64,000 bases of DNA from an uncultured Acidobacteriota bacterium (GTDB taxonomy: Bacteria; Acidobacteriota; UBA6911; RPQK01; JAPXNP01): assembly GCA_963777605.1 (NCBI GenBank), contig CAVZRV010000031.1, positions 96,001-160,000 on the forward strand. The letters run 5' to 3'. The notes beneath the pieces are model-generated. The model was not told the DNA's origin and did no database searches. It was given only the letters and a program-made list of their open reading frames with translations. Positions within the stretch are counted from its first letter, which is position 1. The number at the start of each line of letters is the position of its first letter. Of this stretch, positions 49,746-60,031 are shown piece after piece. A program made the position numbers and the translations under genes.

Positions 49746-50663
49746 CTATTTCGTATAGAAATCGGCCAACTGTGCTCGTGTTGGCAGTGATGGCTGCGCG
49801 CCCAGGCGGGTCACCGAGAAGGCCGCGACCCGATTGGCAAACCTGATGGCCTCACTTATGACCAAACCCTCAGCAAGCCCGCAAGCCAAAGCTCCGTTGA
49901 ACGCGTCTCCGGCTGCAGTGGTATCGACCGCCTTGATGCGGACCGATGGAATCTGTTCGCAGTCATCTTTCGTCACCAGAAAGCACCCTTCAGAACCCTT
50001 TGTGATGATGACTTGCCCGACGCCTCTACCGATCAGATAAGCGCCGGCATCTCTCGCCGTCCTGAGATCCGTGGGCTTGACACCAGTGAGGTTTTCAATC
50101 TCCGTTTCATTCGGTGTTATTACCGAAATGTCTCTGAGAAGCTCATCATCAAGATCTCGAGCGGGTGCGGGGTTGAGGATGACTCTAACCCCGGCCTCGC
50201 GGGCGAGTCTCGCAGCATGTTTTACGGTTTCCAGGGGGATCTCCAATTGCGTCAACAACACGGAGGCGGTGCTGATCGCGTGCTTCGCCCGGTCAACATC
50301 TGCAGGACTTAGGTGACTGTTTGCACCGGAAGCCACGGCAATGACATTCTCACCTTGGCGATCAACCAGAATCAAAGCAACTCCAGAAGGATGAGATTGG
50401 TCCTGAACTATGAAATCTGTACAGAGACCCTCGTCTCTGAAACCCTGAAGCCCCCGATCACCAAAAATGTCCGAACCGACCCGGGCCAGGAAAATTACTT
50501 CGGCTCCCAATCGTGAAGCAGCCACGGCTTGGTTGGCACCTTTCCCTCCCGCCACCATGACAAACTCCTCCCCTAAGAGGGTTTCCCCTGCGACAGGAAG
50601 TCTGGGAAGCTTGACCACCATGTCGGTATTGGAACTCCCGGCAACCACGATTTTCGGTCTCAT
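49746..50663 (-). CDS. rbsK: Ribokinase
   Basis: GSSNTD, GGKGANQAVAA, NPAPA, PNETE, DTTAAGDAF. Confidence 0.95.
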   Translation of the reverse strand: MRPKIVVAGSSNTDMVVKLPRLPVAGETLLGEEFVMVAGGKGANQAVAASRLGAEVIFLARVGSDIFGDRGLQGFRDEGLCTDFIVQDQSHPSGVALILVDRQGENVIAVASGANSHLSPADVDRAKHAISTASVLLTQLEIPLETVKHAARLAREAGVRVILNPAPARDLDDELLRDISVITPNETEIENLTGVKPTDLRTARDAGAYLIGRGVGQVIITKGSEGCFLVTKDDCEQIPSVRIKAVDTTAAGDAFNGALACGLAEGLVISEAIRFANRVAAFSVTRLGAQPSLPTRAQLADFYTK

Positions 50664-50737
50664 GTTTCCTCCATTAAGAACACTGGATTACCATCCTCAG
50701 AGCCGCAAATGAGTTGCTCTCAATCGTGCTCGCAACA

Positions 50738-51694
50738 TCACTTCGGCCCAGAGGCGGCGCCTCGGAACACAAGTTTCCAGTGATCGGATAAGGTCGGCTC
50801 CGTATCCGTTCCTTGCCGATCTAAATACTCCAGATGGCCGCGTGCGTCCTGAGTTCTTCCCATTCGGATCAGTGTTTTCCCCAACTGGTACTGCGTGGGC
50901 CCATCCTCAGGATTGAGTTCGACAGCCCTCTCAGCCGTCCTCAGAGCATCATCCGTTTGTCCCAGCGCAAGGAAAGCTTGGCTCAAATACCTACAGACCT
51001 CTGCTGAGCCATTCTCCACCGCTTCTGCAGCTTGAAACTCGGCCAATGCTTCCGTCCAATCTCGATGCAATGCATAAATCTTTCCCAGTTGGAAATGACA
51101 GTAGAAGTCCTCAGGCGAACGCTTCAAACCTTCCTGGTAGGCAACCTTGGCCTCGTCGAAATGGCCGTATGCGTGATGTGTCAAGCCCATGTAATACCAT
51201 GACTGAACGTCGTCTGGGCTCAACTCCAGCGCCTTTGCGAAACATGCAATTGCACCGGCGCCATCGCGCTCATCCAACTTTATCAGTCCCAACATTCGAT
51301 AGACCTCGGGCGTCTCCTCGTAATGTAAAACATTGGTCAGAACCTGAATTGCCTGAGCACGCTCACCTCTGCCGAGACAGAAACGGGCCAGATTGACAGC
51401 AAAAAGAGAATTCCCGGGCGACAACTCCAAAGACCTTGTGAGGTTCTTGAGCGCCTCTTGATCGTCGCCCTGCACGGCAAAGGTCAACCCGAGAAGGTGG
51501 TGGGCGGCAGCGTCTCGAGGTTCCTGTTGCAGGTACACTTGAAGCCGCCGCACGACCTCCTCGTAGTGTCCGTTTCGAAACTCGGACAGGGCATCGTGGA
51601 TGACATCGGCATCCTGGCGTGCAAGCAACCCATCGAAGGCAATACCGACTATCACAATGAAGATGGAGACTATGCAACGGTGTACTGACAACAC
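50738..51694 (-). CDS. Tetratricopeptide repeat protein
   Basis: Signal peptide and tandem TPR motifs. Confidence 0.85.
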   Translation of the reverse strand: MLSVHRCIVSIFIVIVGIAFDGLLARQDADVIHDALSEFRNGHYEEVVRRLQVYLQQEPRDAAAHHLLGLTFAVQGDDQEALKNLTRSLELSPGNSLFAVNLARFCLGRGERAQAIQVLTNVLHYEETPEVYRMLGLIKLDERDGAGAIACFAKALELSPDDVQSWYYMGLTHHAYGHFDEAKVAYQEGLKRSPEDFYCHFQLGKIYALHRDWTEALAEFQAAEAVENGSAEVCRYLSQAFLALGQTDDALRTAERAVELNPEDGPTQYQLGKTLIRMGRTQDARGHLEYLDRQGTDTEPTLSDHWKLVFRGAASGPK

Positions 51695-51708
51695 AATCCT
51701 GCCTAATG

Positions 51709-52863
51709 CTATGGTTCCGCAACGGACCGGTTCTTATCGGCGATGATATCCTGCTCTTCCTGCTGGTGCTTGGCTTTGAGCTTCTGAAACAACTGAAACT
51801 CGGAACGCGCGCGCTCGGTGCTACCAATCTGGCTGTAGATTTGAGACAGCATATCGTGCGGTTGCTCCCTTTCCGGGTCCAGGGTGGCTGCCCGATCCAG
51901 GCTCTCAATGGCGGAGTCAAGGTCCCCTCGTGCCCGAAAGACCGAAGCTAAATCAATATGAGCATCAACCAGATCCGGGCGGATCTCAAGAGCTCGCCTC
52001 AAATGGCGTTCCGCATCGTCAAACTTGCGCAACCCTAAATAGACTGCTCCGAGAAGATAGTTCGACATGGGATCATTGGGACTAAGCTCCAGCTCCGCCT
52101 GAAGGTGCTTTAGAGCGTCATCGAGCCGTTGGTTCTCCCAGTAGACTTCGGCAAGAGAATAGTGGAGTCCCGGTACTCCCGGATTATCGGCGATCGCCTT
52201 TAAATACTCTGCAATCGCCGGTTCGATGTGGCCCTGGCTTCGCAGGAGCTCCGCCTGAAGTTGCCGCAATCGGTAGGAGCGGGGAGAAATTCGCTTGAGT
52301 TCCTCGAAGGTTTGAATTGCGAGAAGCATCGAAGCTTGACCCTTGTAGTACAAGGCATCGACACTGCCGGGCTCCTTCTTGAGCCACTCAGCAAGAAAGG
52401 GAATGGCCTTCTCGAATTCACCCGTCTTCACCAGAGCCACGGCGAAGTGCTGAAGGAAGACAGGATCTCGATCCTCAAGGTCGGGCAGTCCTTGAAGAAC
52501 CTCAACACACTTCTTAAACTGGCTCAGGTTGAAGAGCGTTAAGCCAACGAGTCCGCGGGCCGAGGTGAGTGAAGGATTGAGTTCAACCGCTTTGGAGAGG
52601 TGGTCAAGAGCCTGCTGATACTTCTGTTGCATATAAAGAGCCAGGCCAAGATTCGCGTGCACCTCAGCCACGTAAGGTCTCGCCGCAACAATCTTTTCAA
52701 GCGCAGCCTGGGCTTCTGCAAAGTCTTCGGACTGAAGCGCCCGCTGAGCCTCTTCCGATAGGAGTTGAAGTTCCGGATCGCTCTGAGCGCTGGCTGTTCC
52801 GACCCAAGGACTCGTCAGCAAGAGGATACAAATATATGACCCTATGGCCGTCCATCGAATCAT
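51709..52863 (-). CDS. Tetratricopeptide repeat protein
   Basis: Signal peptide and tandem TPR motifs. Confidence 0.87.
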   Translation of the reverse strand: MIRWTAIGSYICILLLTSPWVGTASAQSDPELQLLSEEAQRALQSEDFAEAQAALEKIVAARPYVAEVHANLGLALYMQQKYQQALDHLSKAVELNPSLTSARGLVGLTLFNLSQFKKCVEVLQGLPDLEDRDPVFLQHFAVALVKTGEFEKAIPFLAEWLKKEPGSVDALYYKGQASMLLAIQTFEELKRISPRSYRLRQLQAELLRSQGHIEPAIAEYLKAIADNPGVPGLHYSLAEVYWENQRLDDALKHLQAELELSPNDPMSNYLLGAVYLGLRKFDDAERHLRRALEIRPDLVDAHIDLASVFRARGDLDSAIESLDRAATLDPEREQPHDMLSQIYSQIGSTERARSEFQLFQKLKAKHQQEEQDIIADKNRSVAEP

Positions 52864-54623
52864 TGCGAGTCCCTCACCGCAGGTACACTGACTGCCGGCT
52901 TCTTACAGCTCGGATCGGGTCTTCCCTCTGTGATCTCCACGAACTGATTGGCTTCGAGATTCCGAAACGTCTGCACCGCGCCTGAGAGCCACTTCACCTG
53001 GAGTTCATCGATCTTGTTATTTGTACCCAAACCGAAGTTGATTCGAGGGTCGTTGCTGGACAGGAATCCACCGGCCTGATAAGCCGGCTGGGTTTGGGTC
53101 AGTTCACCTGACCGCAGCTGAAGCAGCGCACCAAAGCCGTCACGATTCCCCTTGGTTCCTCTCAGCCGCACTGAGAGCCAGTTGCGTCCCGGTTGAGCTT
53201 TGCAGATTAGGAGACTCGGGAAATCGTCGAGGTTGTTAACCACGATATCGATATCCCCGTCATTGTCGAAGTCTCCGAACGCCGCCCCGCGACCCACCCT
53301 CTTGACGAGGAGATCACCGCCAATCTGCTCCGTCACGTCTCGAAACGTATGGCCCTGATCGTTGTGTAAAATCTGAGGATGCTGCTTATAGCCGGAATCC
53401 ATTTGCCAACTTTCGATCCCGGGATAAACATGACCATTTACAATGAAAGCATCCTTCCATCCGTCCTGATCGACATCTAGGAACTTCAAGGCGAAACCAA
53501 CCATCTGCCAACTCACTGACATCAGGCCCATATCGACTGTAACGTCTTTGAAGAAACCTCCCCCGACATTTTGGTAGAGGGTATTGCAGTCGTCTGAGAA
53601 GTTGGCCACGAACAAATCCAGGAGACCGTCGTGATTGAAATCATCAACGTCTGCTCCCATACCGGATTGCTCCCGACCATCTCCACTGTACCCACATCCT
53701 CTTATAGCTCCCTCCTCGTCGAAGGTGCCATCTCCAAGATTGTGGTAGAAAAGGTTCGGAGTGGCATCGTTGGCCACAAATACGTCTAGCCAACCATCAT
53801 CATCGAAGTCGGCCCAAATCGGAGTGAATCCGTAGTACCGGCGTTGTTCAGTGCCAAACGCTTGCGTCGTTACGTCGGTAAAGGTGCCGTCCCCGTCATT
53901 GCGGTAAAGCCTGTCCGGCAGTGCATCCAGGCCACGGGGGCCGCATTGGACAGCTATACCACGGTACTGACAATAGCGGGTGCTACCCCGTGGAGGGACC
54001 TTGTCCTTCTTGAAATCGATATAGCGAGCCACATACAAATCAAGGTCGCCATCCTTGTCATAGTCCCCCCATGCCGAGCCTGTACTCCACCCGGGAACGT
54101 CGATGCCAGTTTGTTTTGTAACATCGGTGAAGGTTCCGTCGCCATTGTTTCTATAGAGGACGTCAGGTCCAAAGTTGGCCAGATACAGGTCGGCATCCCC
54201 ATCGTTGTCATAGTCTGTGGATGACGCACCCATTCCCCATCCAGGATTACCCGTGCCGCTTCTCGCGGTAACATCTTCGAAAGTGCCGTCGTGCTTGTTT
54301 CGATAGAGCGCGTTTCTTGGCACCTGCACATTGTCAGCGATCTGCGCACCTTGAAGTTCAAACGTTGTACCGTTGACGAAGTAGATGTCCAGCCAGCCGT
54401 CACCGTCGAAATCAAGAACGGCAACACCGCCTCCTTTCGATTCCACAATGTAGTCCTTTTCAGGACCCCCACTCATATGCCTGAAGGTGATTCCTGCCTC
54501 GACTCTACGATCTGTGAAGGCGAATTGCGGGACAAGGTCATTCCCGGTTACTGCGGCAACGAAGAGTATCAACGTGATGGAAAGAAGAGTAAATGGACCG
54601 AGTTGCAGAGTGTCTTTCTTCAT
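52860..54623 (-). CDS. CRTAC1-family protein (FG-GAP + ASPIC/UnbV)
   Basis: ESKGGG, DYDNDG repeats, CGPRGL, NRDGFGA..NFGLG. Confidence 0.92.
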   Translation of the reverse strand: MKKDTLQLGPFTLLSITLILFVAAVTGNDLVPQFAFTDRRVEAGITFRHMSGGPEKDYIVESKGGGVAVLDFDGDGWLDIYFVNGTTFELQGAQIADNVQVPRNALYRNKHDGTFEDVTARSGTGNPGWGMGASSTDYDNDGDADLYLANFGPDVLYRNNGDGTFTDVTKQTGIDVPGWSTGSAWGDYDKDGDLDLYVARYIDFKKDKVPPRGSTRYCQYRGIAVQCGPRGLDALPDRLYRNDGDGTFTDVTTQAFGTEQRRYYGFTPIWADFDDDGWLDVFVANDATPNLFYHNLGDGTFDEEGAIRGCGYSGDGREQSGMGADVDDFNHDGLLDLFVANFSDDCNTLYQNVGGGFFKDVTVDMGLMSVSWQMVGFALKFLDVDQDGWKDAFIVNGHVYPGIESWQMDSGYKQHPQILHNDQGHTFRDVTEQIGGDLLVKRVGRGAAFGDFDNDGDIDIVVNNLDDFPSLLICKAQPGRNWLSVRLRGTKGNRDGFGALLQLRSGELTQTQPAYQAGGFLSSNDPRINFGLGTNNKIDELQVKWLSGAVQTFRNLEANQFVEITEGRPDPSCKKPAVSVPAVRDSQ

Positions 54624-56446
54624 GGCTGGTCCTTGGGAAAGTCCTGAGCCTTCAGCTGTTTCATCCTTTCCCGGATTCTATCCTGAACCTGCTTAAACTG
54701 CTCGAGCATTGCACGGGCTTCTGCTGTGCGTCCCTTCTGCATAACCTGGCTCAGCAAGTAGTAAGAACTCTCGAAGTCCGGATTGGCTTCGATCGCATGT
54801 TCAAGCAGGCCTTGAGCTTCATCCAGCTTAGAGTCTCCGAAATAGATGCGGGCAAGCTCGAAAAGAGCGGGCGCGTGAGTTCCATCCAGGGCAAGAGAAC
54901 GCTGCAATTCAATTGTGGCCTGATCTTTCCTTCCGAGTTGGCCGAGAACAAGTCCCAACTGGAAGTGGTACAAGGGGTTATCCGGATCCAGTCTCATTGC
55001 CTCTTCGTAGTAGGGCAGTGCTCTCTCCCGATCTCCTGAACTGGAGAACGAATGCGCCATCAGAAAGTGGGCCTGTGCCAACGACGGCTCCAGGCTCAGG
55101 ACGCGAGCAAGGGTATCGCGCGTTTCCTCAAATTTGCCGAGATTGTAATAGCTCATGCTCAAAGTGAAAAGGTAGCGGGCCATCCCTGAGAATCTCGAGA
55201 GATGGCTCTCCAGGAGTTGGATCACCTCAGGATCTTCGCCGGGGACTGCAGAAAGTTCGAAAGTACAATGAAGGGCTGTTCATTGGCCTCCGGTCGTTGC
55301 GTCGCCGCTCTCGCCGTCTCCTCGGCCTTCTCCCAGGAATGGAGCGCCAGATAGCTTTGCATCAGGCCTTCCAGTTCCCCGAAGGACAGAAAATTGAGGG
55401 GTTGCGGCTCCAGTAGCGAAATCACGTCCGCGTAACGCTGCTCACTTACGCACAACTGGGCCAGCCTCGCCCTAGGGAAGGATCGTCGGGCCAGGATACT
55501 AGACCGGCCCTGAGCGCTCTGATAGCCGCCTCAGGTGGTCCGCCGGCAGCCCGGCAGGACTCGACGAGATCCAAGAAGAGCTTTCTGTCCGAAAGTTGTG
55601 GGCCGTATCCTCAAGAATCTTGAGCGCCTCCCTTGGCCGGCCCGTCTTCGTAAGCGAGGCTGCCATAAGCTGCGCGTCAATTTGATCCTCGATCGCGTGT
55701 CCTTCCAGAAGCGGAGGCACTTGTTCAAAGGCGCCGAGCCGGAACAAGCTGACAGCAAGCAAATGCTTGAGCTCTTCATTGCCAGGTTCCTGCGCAAGGC
55801 CTGTTTTCAGAACGCGCGCTGCTTCCTGGTAAAATCGTGATCCAAAAGCACCTTTCCGAGATCAACCCTGAGCGAAGGTGATATCTCAGGCATCCGTTCC
55901 AGGGCAGACACCAATTGCTTGGCTTCTGGCGCCCGACCTAGACTCAAAAGACCGTGGAGAAGGGGAATCGCGATCCCAACATCGTGAGGTTGTAAAGCGT
56001 GCGTTTTCTGCAAGCTCTGTACGGCTGCGCTCATATCTCCTTGGTGCATCTCAAGGATGCCGAGGTTGTAGAGCGCGCTGGGGATAGTCGGCTGGATCTG
56101 AATGACTCGCCGGTAACTCTCGATAGCCTGGGGTTCCATTCCAAGCTGAAAAGGCGGCCGCCAGCATCATCCAAGCCAAGACGGACTCAGGCTCAAGACG
56201 GACCGCCTCTTCCAGCAGAGGACGTGCGCCCCGAGGCTGGCCCTTCTCGAGCGAAGTCCGTGCCTGTCGCAGCAACTGCTGAAAGGAACCGTCGACTTGG
56301 AGAGCGAATGCGGTTGGAATGAGCACGCACAGCAAAGCAAAGCCGGAAAGCAGCGACTTGAATAAGCGAGAAGTTAAACGCAAGTCGATCGCAGAAAACG
56401 GCCGCGGGAGTAAACAGTGGAAGATCAAGTGCACAGACCTCCCCAC
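54620..56446 (-). CDS. Long TPR protein broken by several frameshifts; start uncertain
   Basis: TPR fragments in successive frames: 56051-56446, 55807-56139, 55499-55762, 55222-55455, 54620-55225. Confidence 0.72.
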
Positions 56447-56622
56447 GTCGGCACAGGACTGCGGACATGGACTACGGTAACGAACGCATTAAAGTATACC
56501 CCGGACCTAGGCACCAGCGTCATGATCAAGCACCCTTCTGATTCTTGAACCGTACCTAACACCAATTACGCCCTGTCAAATATAATAGAGCTCCACACCA
56601 TCTCTAGCGGTCGTGAACACGA

Positions 56623-57672
56623 TCAATGTGTCCCAATTCGTCCACTCGTCAGACGGTCGACAAAAAGATTAATGAAACGCTCCCAATTCAAGTCATACTG
56701 AACTCGGATCCTCTGCGCGCCTTCTGCTCCTGGCCACACCTCGGTTCCACCAACTGAAACACCGTAATTGACTCCTTGATTAATATCGACATCAACATAT
56801 AATTCCTTGGTCATAACCAAAGACGGATCGATGAGACTGGCTACCGCAACCTGATCATACATTAGGTAATGAGAGGACATAGCTTCTTCCCGCTGGAATT
56901 GCGCCGTCATCGTCTCCCGCAGCAACTGAGTACTGGGATTAGAGACGCGCACAATCCTTTCGAAGTCCTCCTTAGAGAATCTAGTCTTTCGCGAGACATT
57001 CAACGGGGACAGTTCGATTGGAATGCCAGACCGTAGGACGATGCGAGCGGCCTCGGATCAACCCAGAAATTGAATTCGGCATTGGGCGTCACGTTGCCGG
57101 CACCATCCGGCAGTGAAGCGACTGCTCCTCCCATTATATATAGACTCTTTACAGCCATGGCGAAGTCAGGGTCTTGGCGAATCGCCATAGCAATATTGGT
57201 CAGAGGTCCGATGGCCACGATGGTGATCTCGTCCCGATTATCCAGTACCGTCCGGACGATGAAATCGACGGCAGTTCTCACTTCAGGTCTTGTTCTGGCG
57301 AATTCGCCAAGAGGGGGATCTGGGGGTCCGTCCTTCCACCACTCGCCATGTTGCTTGAAGGAGAACTCCGAAACTTCGTGGATAAGTGGCATGTTTGCAC
57401 CGGGATAGACCGGCGTTTCTCAGCAACTCGACGCCCTCAAGGACCTTGAGGGCGTCGGCGGTGGCCTGCTCACGGCTCTTGTTTCCTGCCACGGTCGTGA
57501 TCCCCAGAACCTCGATCTCCGGGGAGTTGAGCGCCAGGAGAAGGGCAAGTGCATCATCCTGCGGCGGAAGGGCGAAATCCGTATCGAAGATTACCCTATG
57601 AGGCTGGGCAAGCGTCACGGTCAGGAAGCCCTGAACAAGTAACAACGGGAGTGTCAGAAGAAGGCGATTCAT
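56623..57672 (-). CDS. Nucleoside hydrolase family protein with signal peptide; frameshifts near 57400 and 57010-57050
   Basis: MNRLLLTL signal; DTDFALPPQDD, ITTVAGN, AIGPLTNIA, MGGA..GNVTPNAEFNFWVDP, YD. Confidence 0.85.
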
Positions 57673-58009
57673 GGTGCCTCCGAACGAAAAGTGGGACCGA
57701 GAGTCCGTGTTGGCCGAGTCTTGATCCACACAAGATAGTACCGCTTTTCATGGTTCGTGGGAACCTGCTCAACGCCAATTACATCCTCTTCCTGGTAGGG
57801 AAATGTAGTTGACGTCGGGGAGGAATCATCATCCGGGGCACTTCCTCTGGCCTTGTGCGGCACGAAAGGTGGTCTGTTCGTACAGGTCGGCCAAAACCTT
57901 CAGTCGTTTTCTCGACCGCAAGACTTGCCGATCCTTACACCCGCTGAAATCGCGATGTTACACAGATGCGTCATTCCTTGGGTCGCCAGCCTTGCGGCGG
58001 TTGCCAGGG

Positions 58010-59225
58010 TCAAGAACTAGCCCGTTCTTTCGGCTTTCGAGAGAGGTAGAGCCGGCGATGCTGGCGCGGCGTGATGCCGGTGAGGGCCCGAAAGCGGCGG
58101 TTGAAATAGCTTTGGTCCGTGAAACCGACTTCGTATGCGATCTCGGCACAGGACAGCCGGGATTCCTCCAGCAAACGCTGGGCCTCGCGGATTCGCATCT
58201 CGTGAACGTGCTGCAGGATCGTCCGGCCCGTCCGTTCCTTGACCAGGTGAGCGATCCAAAGGTGCTCAGTCGGACTTCGTCGGCCAGGTCCTGGAGCCGG
58301 ACTTCTTCCTGGAAATGAGCGGCAATGTAGTCAAGCACCCGGGCAACACCCGGATGACCGCTCTCGAACCCCAACAGGTAGATGGTGTTCATAAAGTCGT
58401 CCAGGGCGTTCTTGACGACGTCGAGAGGTCCTCAAAATCCCGGGCGGCGATGATTCTCCGTCCAGCGGTGGCTGCTCTCGATCAAGAATCCCAGATGAGC
58501 GCTGTCCTGGCCCGCAGTCCGGACCAGGTAGCCCAGCATCTCGATCATGAGCGCACGCACCACGACCAGGTCGGGAGACTGGAGGAAGACCGCGCCGAGA
58601 TATCTATTCAGCAGCTTCCGTGCCCGCTTGCGGTCTCCAGAGCGGATCAGTGAGAGCAGCACACGCTCCTCCCGGAAGGGGAATTCCCGTTCCCCCCTTT
58701 CCTTCCGGCAATGGATCTCATCGGCGATCTCCCTCTGCTGGAGCGCCCACTCCCGGTTTTCGTCGAGGAGCAGAGCGGACCAGCCGCTGTCCGCATAGAA
58801 GAGCGCACAGAGTCGATTCGCAGCCTCCTGCGTCCGGACCTGCGGCCAAGCGGGAAGCGCCTTGACGAACTGGAGAGCGGCGGCGCGGGATGCTCCGCAG
58901 GCGACCAGATGGTTAGTGGCCTCCAGGCGGTCCTGGGTTCGTCCTCCGCCACGACTTCTCCACCGATCAATCCGCCTCTCGGCCGGCGGCCTTCGACGAG
59001 CGCAACCATCCAGCTGACGATCCCCGGGGCCAGGAAGTAGGTGCAGGGTTCTCCCCAACGAATCGACTCCTGCAGGGCGTGGATTCGCGTCCTTCTCAGG
59101 AAGGGCAGATCGTCGATCGGTTCCGGCCGACCGGCAAGAATCTCTCCATCCGGCCCCATGAGCCTCGGATGGACGTCATACTCCCTCTCGTACGCCGAGA
59201 AGGTTTGCTCGACCGCATTCAGCAT
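58010..59225 (-). CDS. AraC-family regulator with a PocR-like N-terminal sensor; several frameshifts
   Basis: C-terminal RIREAQRLL..EIAYEVGFTDQSYFNRRFR..GITP; N-terminal ESIRWGEPCTYFLAPGIVSW..GGLIGG. Confidence 0.78.
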
Positions 59226-59368
59226 CTGTTCTGGCACTCCGGCCGATCTCCCGCGGCTGCCCACAGACTCAAAAGAGGAGCCAAGGCAGCAAAATCGTCT
59301 TAGTTCTAGCCATTCTGATCTATCCGCCGCGTCTGCACAACGGTAGAGTCTTGGCAGGGAGGCGAACC

Positions 59369-59998
59369 ATGGCTCGGATTAGTGAGCTCTTCGACGCAGT
59401 CATCGCGGGGAACCGGAAGTCCACCGTTCAGATCGTCGATCAGAACCTGAGGGAAGATGGTGATCCCTCGGATCTGCTCGAACAGACCATGATTCCAGCC
59501 ATGCGGGAAGTCGGCCGCCGATTCTCGCGGGGGGAGATCTATGTCCCGGAAATGCTGATCGCCGCCCGGGCCATGCAGGCCGGCCTCGACCTGCTCGAAC
59601 CGGCGCTTGCAAGGAAAGGGACACGGATTCGGGCAAAGGTCGCCATCGGCACGGTGAAAGGCGATCTGCACGACATTGGGAAGAACCTCGTCGTCGTCAT
59701 GCTCAAAGGCGCCGGCTTCGAGGTTGAAGACCTGGGGGTGGACTGTGCGGTTGAGAAGTTCTCCCAAGCCGTGGATCGGGGCTTCACAACGCTCTGTATC
59801 AGTGCGCTGCTCACTACGACGATGCCCTCCATGAAGACCGTCGTGGACCGATTTCGCGACCGGCCCGACGTCAGGATCGTCGTGGGCGGGGCCCCAGTCA
59901 CCGGCGAGTTTGCCCGCGAGATCGGGGCAGACGGGTTTGGAGAGGATGCCAATGAAGCCGTTCAAGTCGTCGAACGGCTGCTCGAGCCCGCATCGTAG
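59369..59998 (+). CDS. mtaC: Corrinoid (B12-binding) protein, MtaC-like
   Basis: GEIYVPEMLIAARAM, GTVKGDLHDIGKNLV (DxHxxG), SALLTTTM, VGGAPV. Confidence 0.88.
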   Translation: MARISELFDAVIAGNRKSTVQIVDQNLREDGDPSDLLEQTMIPAMREVGRRFSRGEIYVPEMLIAARAMQAGLDLLEPALARKGTRIRAKVAIGTVKGDLHDIGKNLVVVMLKGAGFEVEDLGVDCAVEKFSQAVDRGFTTLCISALLTTTMPSMKTVVDRFRDRPDVRIVVGGAPVTGEFAREIGADGFGEDANEAVQVVERLLEPAS

Positions 59999-60031
59999 TG
60001 GTCCCGGGCGGCTGTCGGCGCGGAGGAGAAA

